A stretch of 64,000 nt of DNA, from assembly GCA_964187785.1 (NCBI GenBank), contig OZ076409.1, forward strand, positions 50,842,001 to 50,906,000, in the 5' to 3' direction. A program made the position numbers and the translations under genes. The DNA is from Amphiscolops sp. MND2022. Taxonomy: Eukaryota. Below the pieces are notes generated by a model. The model made no database searches, was not told the DNA's origin, and was given only the letters and a program-made list of their open reading frames with translations. Shown here piece by piece: positions 28,488 through 39,770 of the stretch. How positions within the stretch are numbered: the first letter of the stretch is position 1; each line of letters starts with the position of its first letter.

Positions 28488-29170
28488 GTTGCTCATGCAG
28501 CCATCAACAGCACATATAAATTACTGTGATTAGGAAATCGTCCCCTATGCGCTAAGCGTCGTTATCAACCAATTAGAATGATTAGGTACCACAAAAAATA
28601 AGAGCAAAAAACATAAAAACTAACTTTTGAAAAATTAGTTTCAAATAACATAAAAATGAACCCGAACACCTGGCTAAGAAATCAAATTCACGAAATTTTA
28701 TTTGTAATTTTCATACTTTTTTCAGTGAATCTTTTGAATTGTGAATGCTTTTGACAACTAAAACTTTCTCGTAAACTATTTTACTTTTATGTTTAGTAAA
28801 ACTCATTTCATTTTTATGTTATTTGAAACTAATTTTGTTTTTGTTATTTGCTCTATGTTCAACTAAGCTATTTGGGAATTCACCAATTAGAATGTGTATT
28901 TTCTCTCACTTTCAATTCTGATTGGCGCATCAAGTGAAATCTCTGGCGCAGAAAGGACACTTCTGGTATTTTCCCAGTTTTTCAAATTCAGCTAATTGTA
29001 ACTTTCTCAATTTTTGTACCAGAAAAATTTAAAAAAACACTTAGGCAAACTAGATGAAACTCCAAGAAACTTTTGTTTCTTATGTTTTTCAAAATTCTAG
29101 ACAACTTCGAAAAAATCGAGCTTAAAATCGCCCCGAGTGCCTTTTTCTTAATCACAGTACTGTATTTAGG

Positions 29171-29326
29171 AGAAATTTGATTTGATCATGCCAGTAAACA
29201 AAATTTTCATACATACGATTCTTATTTTGCCGGAAGATAGCAGTATCATATTGCTATCTTCAGCAGGAAAAATATGAATCGTATGTATAAAAAATTTGTT
29301 TACTGGCATGATCAAATCAAATTTCT
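29171..29326. repeat. ~156-bp hairpin with an inverted pair of element A motifs
   Basis: AGAAATTTGATTTGATCATGCCAGTAAACAAA...TTTGTTTACTGGCATGATCAAATCAAATTTCT. Confidence 0.9.
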
Positions 29327-30156
29327 GATTTGGTTATCCCTAACCAATATTTTTGCGGACCCTTGATTAGTTTTATCAGATATTCAGAATAACAAAATAA
29401 CTTACTTTATGCGTCCCGATGAACTCCGTAATGTACGCTGAACGCCAAAGGCCGCATTCTTCTTCAAAGCATTGGAGTAGTTTTCCACAGTTGAAGTTTT
29501 TTGAGAATTGCATTGTTGAATGGATGGACTTGGTATCGAGTTGAATTTATCAAGATTAGGAGTAGTTTAAATAAGTCTGGCAGGCAAATGTGTGAGTAAA
29601 AAGGCCAAAATCCAATGCATAGGTGTGATTTTGGTACTTGACTGGTTTGAGTTGATTTAATCTACTAACACCTAAATTTGAGGGTTATCCTTTAAGGCAA
29701 GAGTTTATTAGAGGTTATCCGTTAGTTAAATTATATAGGTGTCAATTTTGTTGGTAGTGAAAAGAGTTTATCACCTCTTGACATGAGGTAATCGCTTAAT
29801 TGCCTTTTTTTCTGGGTGTGTAACAAAATTTTCTGAAGATCAGTTCTTTACCTTTCTTGCTTCATATTGCTCGCTTCTAAACTTGACTCTACAACTCCAT
29901 CGAATTCTCAATTGTCAAATAATACCACATCTCAATTTCACTTCAAATTCAAATAGATTAGTTAACAAATTTCAAACATCACTTCTGCTCATCTTAATTT
30001 TGCTTTCAAAGATTTGAGCTTTCAAAAAATTTCAAATAATTTGAAGTTAACAAAATACCATTCAATTTTAGTAAGTTTTACAGTTGTCACTCTACTGTAA
30101 CTTTTCTTTAACGTTTCTTTCCTTTACGTTCATAATTTTCATTTGTTTCTTCAATC

Positions 30157-33100
30157 ATGAACGGCGATTCAATGTTCTCTTTTCCAAACAACTCGAATTC
30201 TGATTATCACAATCTCCGAGAAGTCGCTAATCAGGTTTTACAGGACGCCCCACCCACAACATCCGATTTCAGTTATTCGCAACCCATAGAGGAGCCCCCT
30301 AGGTACCATGAGATGCAACCACGGCAACCCCACCATCAACCCTCAACCCAACCAGCTGTCTATGATCCCTACGAATTTGTGTCATCCAATTCGGTCCCTC
30401 AGGCTTCCAACTCGCCTCATGACAGTGTTGTGTCCGGAAATCGGCAAGATTTAGGTAAAGTATGCAGATAAACAATATTTTAAAAGTACTAGATAGAAAA
30501 AACTTTTCTACATAAAAAAAGGTTAATAACTTCTTAATATTAAACAACTGAAAATCTAGGATTTCATATTTCGCAAGACTTGTTTTTGTTTTTTTTTCAA
30601 ACAAAGAGTTCGGCAAAGAGTTTTTCATGCAATTTAACATGTCTTTTGTTTCATATTGTTTTTTGAAAAACTTTCTACTTCAAACTGAAAAAAAAACGGA
30701 TGTTCTTGTTTCTTAATCTTCAATTATTTTGGATGAAAATTAAAGAAAAGTACTTGTTTAATTGGCTATACCTAAATCAGAGTTTGACGGCCTGTCAACT
30801 TTCAGTTGGCATCTCAGCTTTGAGCGGATTTGAACCCGAACGAATTTTTGAGCATACACGATATATCACATTCAAAAAAGGGGTGAAAACAGTAGAAACA
30901 AAAAAAACAATAAATTAGCTTATTCAAATCTCAAAATGTATTAAAAGGGTTCTATTGGCGTGTCTTAAAACATTGTTTTAAAACAGGCCAACCCTGATAT
31001 TACGAGTTGAATACTAGTGAAAGAATGGTTACTAGTCGAAATGGTTTTTCAAACAGCTGCGAATTGTTCTTGTGATAACTTATCGTTGAACGATTTTTCA
31101 TTTCCAACACAAACCACGACGTATTACCCTCCCCACGCGGTACCAGCGGAAAAAAAACCCTCGGTTTGATCCTGGATCGACATCAACTCCGATGTGACCT
31201 CCGCACCCGATGCATAGACCCCGCCTTGAGGCATTGACTTTGCGAGTGCCTCCGATAAGCACTGTTCTATTTCCGGGTGCAGGTAGCTGTCAGATGCCTA
31301 CCCCTTCCAAATTCCCACCAGCAATGCCGCCAAGTGATGAGCAATCCCAGGCGATGAAAAAGTGGGCTGAAGGTCGCGCCCACATTCAGCATCTGGTTGA
31401 CTGCGACAAGACGCCCCCAAAAGAGGATTGTCTGCTCGTCTTCCAATGCCTAATGATAATGTGGTGCTACATCAATAGCTACCCCTCGCGCCTTCTGAAG
31501 CGATTCACTGTCTATGATTTTGTGAATTTCAACGAAAATGGCAGTGGCAGCTTCGTGGTTGCCGTTGAAGACGGGACCAAGTACAAATATAGAACTGCCC
31601 TCAGGTTTACCAAATTCGAGAAAAGTGTTTTGACATTTTTTTTTCAAACGCATCACACCAGTTTGGACTAATGCACTGAGAGTCCTGAATGAAAGTTTTG
31701 ACGTTACAACAATTGTCGCAGATGTCGAAGAAAGAACCCAGTCCTTCTACAACTCACAGGGCAATAAACAATTGAATGTTTCAAGAGTCTGCGAAAACTT
31801 TCAAAGCAACATGAATGCGACTCACAAAAAGAAACGGAAAGCAATTGTTGCTGGCCCTGATGAGGAAAGGATAAACGACGATGACGAGAACCCTCGCCCA
31901 AGCACAATTGATGACCCGACCGTCAACTTGAAGAAAGCGCGCATTTCACAGAACGAGATGATGACCATGTCGCCGACTTCCAAGAAACGAGTTTTCTATT
32001 CGGATTCCGATTTTGTTGAAAGTTTTAATGGGGTAAGTTCTTGTGTTTTCACAACAAAAGACAATAGAAAATTATCAAGCGTTATCAAACGTTGATTTGT
32101 TAGTGAAAATGTTTTTGATTTAATTTTGTTTACTGGCATGATCAGATCATCAATGTATGATTAACCAATGATTTTCACAACTTACTGTTTCTATATGCAA
32201 CTCAATATTTTCTTGTTTTCGAAACATGGGACAATACAAAAATATCAAACGTTTTTGATTTGTTAGTGAAAAATTTTTGATTTAATTTTGTTTACTGGCA
32301 TGATCAGATCATCAAATTATGATTAGCCAATGATTTTCACATCTAAGATTTTCTAGGTGAAAAAGTACTTCCGACACCCAACGAACGTCGATGAAAAGAT
32401 CCCGACGCCTGCTCAATGTCGCAAAACGATCATGGAAAACACGTCTATGGACAAGGCTGTAGCGCAAGAGCTGGGGGAAAGAATCAACAATCATTTGCGT
32501 TACAAACTTGTTCAATTACGTGTCCAAAAGATGTTGCAAATTTTGGCTGGATCTACAGCTCCTTCCAAAACCACTGTTGTGAACAATGTGCGAAGCCGTG
32601 GTTTGACGGATCATGCGAGGATTGTAGATAGCACACTCGCTCTACGGAAACCAGCCCCTGTTTCCGAAAACAGAAGATCGACGCGCCACACTCCAACTGA
32701 GGACACGACTCCTCATTCACACAGTAGAGGACACAACATGTTCTACTGCAGTTTAACATCTGCTATCGTCAACATGCAGAAAGTGACTGAATTCGTGGCA
32801 AGTCAGCATTGGCCGTTCCTTCAGATATGCGAGAAGATCGTTTTCGACAATGGTGCTTCTGGACGAGGCGTAGTAGCAACGACCCCGATCAACAAACACG
32901 AAGTTGTCTGTGACTATCACACAGTCCGTAATGTGCCAACGTGAAAACACGCAATATTTTCTAGACTGTGGCGACATAGTCTTTGATGCAACTTTAGACA
33001 CTTGTGAATGCCACCCTGGACGAAGAACACTTGGAAGACTTTTAAATTATAGACCAGATAATCACCCCCAATGCAATGTCCGCAAGAAGCGCATGGTGAT

Positions 33101-33464
33101 AAACGGAAAGAACGCTATTTTATTCATCGCAAAGAGAGACATAGACGCGTTGGAAGAAATATGCTTCGATTACAAAGACCCAAAATGCAAAGGCGAATTT
33201 TGTTCGAGACCTACTGCTGTTACTGTGTCATCCGACCCACCAACCTCTGACCCACCAACCTCTGATCCGCCAACCTCTGATCCGCCAACCTCTGACCCGC
33301 CAACCTCTGACCCGCCAACCTTTGACCCTTCATCTAATACGCCATCCTCTGAGTCTGTATCCGACTCACCGACCGTTGCGCACGTCCTATTATCTGAGTC
33401 CCAAGAAACCTTCCCACCATTGTGCAACGACTCTACCATTTTTGACGATTCGCCAATTTATTAA
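30157..33464 (+). pseudogene. Spliced SET-domain methyltransferase-like gene (SETD8/PR-Set7-like), element A; disrupted
   Basis: Exon 30157-30454 (donor GTAAAG), broken middle exon(s) ~30987-32032, last exon from 32357. SET motifs SGRGVVAT..VVCDYH, FDAT, GRLLNY, LFIAKRDI..EEICFDY. Frameshift near 32930. (DPPTS)n tail. Confidence 0.82.
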
Positions 33465-33514
33465 ATTTCAGATCTACTAGGTCTTGTGGCAAACTTCTTT
33501 TTTGAAATCATTTG

Positions 33515-33910
33515 GTCACTCATCATTTAAATCACTCAGACCTACACTTTTTTGACAGGGTCACTCAGACCTACTAGGTAGTACAAAGTCTTTTTTTGAC
33601 ATGGTCACGCAGACCTACAAATTTCTTTTTTGACGTGGTCACCCCAACCTATAAATATATTTTTTTGAAATGGTCACTCAGCACTACAAATTTCTTTTTT
33701 GACATTGTCACGCAGACATACTCTTTTTTGACAGGGTCACTCAGACCTACTAGGTAGTACTAGGTAGTACAAAGTCCGTTTTTGACATGGTCACTTAGAC
33801 CTACAAATTTCTTTTTTGACATGGTCACTCCAACCTACAAATGTATTTTTTTGAAATATCATATACTCAGCACTACAAATCTCTTTTTTGACATTGTCAC
33901 TTTTTTGACA
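33515..33910. repeat. Minisatellite (TTTTGACATGGTCACTCAGACC) upstream of the transposase
   Basis: Reverse complement of the 25190-25625 unit. Confidence 0.88.
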
Positions 33911-33947
33911 TGACGTTTCATCCCAACGTTTTAAATTTTAGTTTGAC

Positions 33948-36900
33948 ATGTTCAAGCAAAACCCACCATCTCTGACGGGAAATCAAATTATGTGAAGCTT
34001 GTCTTCCTGAACATTCTCTTTCCAACGATGTTCCCCCTACATCCCGAGAAGAAAAATGGTCTCGAAAAAAATGGCCCACGAAAGATCAAAACATACATCG
34101 AGAAACATTTCAACGGGTCAAAAGTCCAGATCAATGATGTCTATAAGCCTAACGGGATCAAGTCCGAACGATCTGCTGCACTGCGAGAAGATATATTTGA
34201 CCTCATGATGATATCTGCCCCACCGTGCACACTTCCTTGGTCTCCCGAAAGACTACAATATTTGAGACATTTCTATCCAACTTTGCCCCTTGCTTGTATA
34301 GACGCACAAGAATTGAAGACTGTTGATGTATCGATCCTGAACGCACCTGATGCCCCAGCCGACTTATCGACAAACTTATCAATTCAATCAACTTGCCGTG
34401 ACATGGTTCCAAACACATCAAATGCTCTGACAAACGATGACATATCAATCGAGTATCGCCAGTTCAGGCTTGCTTTTGAGAAGTCGGAGAAGTCACAGTT
34501 CTGGTCTAATTCATTTAAACTTTTGACAGAGTCAGCCGACTTCCTGAATCAGTTCGCTTTGAGTTTGAGAGACTATCTCTACAAACAAAAAGATGTTTCA
34601 AAAAGAAAGAATACCATTGTCTGTCGACTCCTCGGAAAGCTACTTCAAAATTTTTTCAGTAAAGATAGAGACGAAACACAAATCGATATCCAATGCCTCC
34701 TTATGTTGAACAATCCTCAGGACCTTCTCGTGAAGATACGCCAGTTACTCAAGTGCCCATTCGTGAAAGCGACGATATTGCCATCACGACTCGAACTTTC
34801 AATCATCAATAGACGGATGAATGATTTATTCAGAACTATGCTTGAACCATCGAGAACGCATACCGACTTCCGTGTAAACCTTGTGAACTTTGTGAAGTTT
34901 GTTGCCCTTCATGTCTATGGAAAGAATTCCATCTCGGGATTGCGAATCGACGTTTATGGTGATGCAATGTCATGAGGCAAACGAGATGTCGTGAGAATGG
35001 CCTTCCGCATCTTAGATACTGGAATCGAAACTGAACAATCTTCGACGCATGTTTTCACTTTCGCAGTTTTCGACGTAAGTTTTGGCTTATGTGTTTTCCA
35101 ATTTTGCTTTCTGATTTGATCTTCAATGTGAATATATTTCTTAGAATTTTGCATACTGACGTCATCCTCCATGTGGTTTATGTTTTGTTTTCACTTTACT
35201 TACTGGCATGATCTTCCAAAAATTTTATGTTTCTTCAATTTTGCTCACTGGCATGATCTTCCATGTGGTGTATGTTTTCACAGGGGAAAGATGTACGAGT
35301 CAATTTAGAGTATAACCTGACAATGGCGAACGTATTAGAACACAATAGGTGGTTATACAATGAAACCAAAGCATTGCATGAAGAAGGAGCCATTTTGAGT
35401 TGTTCGGGTGATTCGCCTTTCCAGCTGAGATTACTGAAAGGAGTCAGTAGTGACGTTTCATGCCTTTCGAAAATGTGCCTGTATGTTCCTGATCCTCCCA
35501 TTTTGTCGCAAATTGTCCCAAAGCAGCAAGCGAAAAAGAACAGTGAAGCACACAAGAAGGAGAAAGAAGGGATGGGTGCGATTCTTCCTTCCACGGTTGA
35601 TCATTTCACTGGGAGACGAACTGTGCTGACTATTGATATCAACGAACAAATTCCAAACGAATCGCTTATGTTTTTGAAGTCCACATTCAACACGTGCCCT
35701 GATGTTCTTCACATGATTGTTCGATCTGTCGGAAGTGATCTGAAGCTACACGTCGATTCACTGATCCTATCTAATATGCTTGCGATATCGAAATTAGAAT
35801 GTAATATTACACAAAGAAATGTAAAGCCGCCTCGTTTCAGTTTTGAAATAGTTGATAAGCTTTGTAAGGCTGTTTCTTTGAGCTTTCGAGACGCTGAAGT
35901 CATCATCTCGGACTGTACACGGACGAGCGAATATGGAAGAATGGATATTCCTATATTCGAAGGTGTATATTCATTCGAAGAGGCACATGTTTACAAGGCT
36001 GATCAGGCGAATGAAAATACACCATATAATGTACTGATATCCTTGGTGGACGGTTTAGAAACATCGTTTCCGAAAGGCATTGGTAATTCACAACGGAAAT
36101 TGGCCAATCTGCAATTTCAATCGCTGTACCAACTGCTGGAGCTATTGCGACAACGGGAGTTGACTGATCTCCAAAGTTGTAAAGACCTTTACGAGACATA
36201 TTATCAAAGTACCATATGTTTATTTGGGGATCGTGCCTTGACTCCGTACAAACTGAAGATCGACATGCTGCTGAGGATATTCGAAAAGGGAGAGATTTTA
36301 GCCCCATTTAATAACATGACCGAAGGCACAGAAAAGAGTCACCATACAGCCAGCAAAGATTACAATTCGAGAACGATGCGCGACGGCGGTAACGATGCTT
36401 GGAATATGTCGTCAAATTATCTTGACATACGATTTTCATTCTTTCGAGCCATTGATGTGTCGTCGTCAAAGTCGAAGTTGCTTCAACAGTGCCCCGACCA
36501 AATAGCCAAGACGTATCTACAGATTTGCCAAGAGTCGATTGATGTGCCCTCTCTTGACATCGGAAGGACGAGCGATATTTTCAGATGCATGAACTTTGTT
36601 GTTCTCGGAACATATGGGCATTTGAAAGAAACTCAAGGAAGCTTGGAGAGGAAGATTTTGGAAAACGCTGGCATCGTTCTGAGCAATACAGACATCATTA
36701 ATCGAAGCAAGTTGAGTTTCCTAAGCCACCATTACTGTGTTCTCCCGAAAAGCAAGTTCATAGATACTTTGGTAAAAAACACGCCCGGCACGAACGAGAC
36801 ACTTGTTACCAAAGCGGTGTATCATACCACACTGGGCAATTGGATTTACTTGAAGGCAGAATTCATTACTGAATGTGTGAAGAGAAACATGTTGATGGAT

Positions 36901-37095
36901 CCCAAAGATTACACTTTTGAACTGGATGCCACAGCAAGGGCTAAATTGAGAAAAATACGTTTCCAGAACATCGCGCCGCAATTACAAAGACAATCACAAC
37001 CTCTCAGGACTGGGTCGATAACATACCATACCGCAATCAGGAAGTATAAAACCGCCCAGAAAGCATTGAAAAGGAAATTCAATAGCGTCGAATAA
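33948..37095 (+). pseudogene. RAG1/Transib/Chapaev-like DDE transposase fused to a C-terminal BRCT domain (~980 aa), element A
   Basis: D1 in IDVYGDA (34961), D2 in SCSGDSPF (35410), PDVLH (35710), LTPYKLK, E in MTEGTEKSH (36331), then BRCT-like FRCMNFVVLG...LERKILENAG...LKAEFITECVKRNMLMDPKDY. Phase-0 intron 35075-35283. In-frame TGA at 34973 and a 1-nt deletion just after ATG 33948. Confidence 0.82.
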
Positions 37096-37112
37096 TGATA
37101 CCACCACTTCCA

Positions 37113-37388
37113 CATTGTCACTCAGATCCCCTTTTGATTTTGACATGGTCACTCAGACCTACAATTTTTTTGACATGGTCACTCGGACCTACATATTTCT
37201 TTTTTGAAATGGTCACTCAGACCTACATATATCTTTTTTAACATGGTCACTAAGACCTACAAATTTCTTTTTTGACATGGTCACTCAGACCTAGAAATAT
37301 CTTTTTGACATGGTCACTCAGACCTACAATTTGTTTGACATGGTCACTCAGACATTCAAATTTCTTTTTTGACATGGTCACTCAGACC
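37113..37388. repeat. Minisatellite downstream of the transposase (same unit as 33515-33910)
   Basis: TTTTGACATGGTCACTCAGACCTAC units; the array resumes at 37828 after the MITE. Confidence 0.88.
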
Positions 37389-37827
37389 CAGGGCTGTTCA
37401 CAATTAAAATGCAATCATTTTTTGAGTCTACAATTTCATTTATATTTTTAACATTGCCAACAATTATAATTGCAATTATTGTTACATTTTTTCCTATATA
37501 AAACAATATATGTAAAACATTTGAAATTAAAAGAAAAACAGAAAGTCCCGGTTGAGTGCCTAGAAAATTTGACTTTCAAGATGGTGTGGTAGCCTGGATT
37601 TTCTGAAAAATGTCCTTTTCCAGACTTGAAATTTCCTCTCCGTTCTGATACTTTCTCAGCGCTGTTTCAAAAACCGGTGAATGAATTACACAGTGACGCA
37701 GGAACAAAATGTTCCATTTATTTACATGCGACAATTTTTATTGCATTTTTTTCAAATGGTCACATTTTCTAGTACCAGTAGAAAAATGACAATTATTCTT
37801 ATGACAATTCATTTTTGAACAGCCCTG
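37389..37827. mobile_element. Non-autonomous hAT-type MITE inserted in the minisatellite
   Basis: 12-bp TIR CAGGGCTGTTCA and 8-bp TSD CTCAGACC. A related left end occurs at 40484-40630. Confidence 0.92.
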
Positions 37828-37907
37828 CTCAGACCTACAAGTTTCTTTTTTACATGGTCACCTTTTGACATGACGTTTCATCCAAACATTTTTTATTTCA
37901 GTTTGAC

Positions 37908-38047
37908 ATGTTCAAGCAAAAACCCACAATATCTGACGGGAAAGCAAATTATGTGAAACTTGTGTTCTTGAACATTCTATTTCCAACGATGTTCCCCCTA
38001 CATCCCGAGAAGATAAATGGCCTCGAGAAAAATGGCCCACGAAAGAT
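37908..38047 (+). pseudogene. Truncated paralogous 5' end of the element A transposase
   Basis: Reads MFKQKPTISDGKANYVKLVFLNILFPTMFPLHPEKINGLEKNGPRK and matches 33948-34086. Confidence 0.88.
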
Positions 38048-39246
38048 ATATGCAAAAATCCATGAACTCATATGGTAGGATCGATGGAATAATTACACTC
38101 AAGTTTTGTTTACTGGAATGATCAGACAAGTATAATTTTGTTTACTGGCATGATCAGAAGACAACAATTATGGTAATTTTGGGACCATGTCAACTATTTT
38201 CCACCAGGTACACCTTGCAGGATTCTGTCATTTATTTTATTGGATCAAAATTTCAACGCAAACGATGTCGACATAATGGTATTTGAACCTTTTGTCTTAC
38301 TACCCCCGCCGTTTTTTGAGGGAAAATGACATGGTCCTAATTTTGTGTACTGGCATGATCATAATATACAAAAACCAAAAATGAAAAACAACAAAATGAT
38401 TACGTACCAAATAGCATAAGAGCAAATAACAGAAACAAAATTAGTTTCAAATAACATAAAATTGAAATTAGTTTCAAATAACAAAAAACCAAAAACCCGG
38501 TTAAACAATCGACATCAGAAAATTTCGTCTGTATTTGCCTCACAGAATCTTTTGTATTGTGAATTTTTTTGACCACTAAAACTTTCTCGTAAACAATTTT
38601 ATTTTTGTTAAGTGAAACTCATCATAAAAATAAAACTGTTTATGAGAATTTTTTTGTTTATATAGAAGTTTAGAAAATTGAAATTAGTTTCAAATGACAT
38701 ACAAATGAAATGACTTCATTTTTATGTCATTTGAAACTAATTTCAACTTTGTTATTTGCCAAATGCTCTTGTGTTATATGGGAATTCACCAACAAAAACT
38801 CAAAAATCAAACCTGTCTTCCTTTTTGGTTGTGCTTTGGATAAAACTGATCGTCGGTCTGGATAAATTGCAGTTCAGCAACGAAAAACTCAATTGGGCTC
38901 TGAATCAAATTGGATTCAAAAAGTTACGGATTTTATTGAAGCTAACAATTACAGTGTAATTACAGTGAATCAAAACAAGGTGCAAATTGGAAACGTCGAA
39001 CACGCACTTGCGGTATTGAACTGGAATTTGATTGGCTAATTTTATGCATTTTTAGTCACGTGACTGCGTGTAAACTGTTTTCGACGCTTTAAATATTCTA
39101 CGATTTGAATCGTCCTCGCAAAACGGTTACCATAGCAACAAGGTAAACAAATTAAGCGAGCTTGAATAACGTGTAAACTGTTTTCGACGCATTAATATTC
39201 TACGTTTTGAACCGTCCTCGCAAACGGTTACCATAGCAACAAACTA

Positions 39247-39770
39247 AACAAGACGGGAACGTCCCAAGTCGGCGCCATATCTTAGGCTCAAAAATATTCA
39301 AGGAACAACTATTGGAAAAATTTGGAAAAAAAAATTTTTCAAAAAAAAAATTTTGATTTTTTTTCGAAAAAAGTATTTTTTAGGTCGCACAATGCCGAAA
39401 AACTCAAAAAGAGGCCATTCAGGCTCATTCAACGTTTTCTACAAACCGAAAACTTCAAAAAAAATCAAGGGGGTACCCTTTGATAAATTTCGAAAGTTTT
39501 CGAAAAAAGTCACATAGTGCCGAAAAAAAACCCAAAGGGGGGACCCTTTGGTCTTACCTGTACTTTTGGAAGCATTAAAAAATTTATGGTTTAGTGCGGG
39601 ATTCGAACCCACGCTCTCCGGCTGGGTCGAAGATAGAAGATGAACAAATATGAAAGATGAACAAAAATTGTAAGAAAAGTGGACCACTCAGAGTGAGATT
39701 GTCAACTGAAAAAAAAAAACTACTCACTGTAAGAGTCGGGCTTTTTTCCTTAAGGGAAAAGGCGCCGACT
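39247..39770. mobile_element. Short non-autonomous insertion, Helentron/HINE-like
   Basis: Interrupts a local tandem repeat at AACAAG. Asymmetric subterminal inverted repeat AGTCGGCGCC (39267) / GGCGCCGACT (39761). Internal B-box-like GGATTCGAACC. Confidence 0.55.

Noticed and set aside
33948..37095. True RAG1 or ProtoRAG with a RAG2 partner
   Set aside because: No RING or nonamer-binding region, no kelch/PHD RAG2-like ORF, no RSS-like CACAGTG termini or 5-bp TSD. Similarity is limited to catalytic-core motifs.
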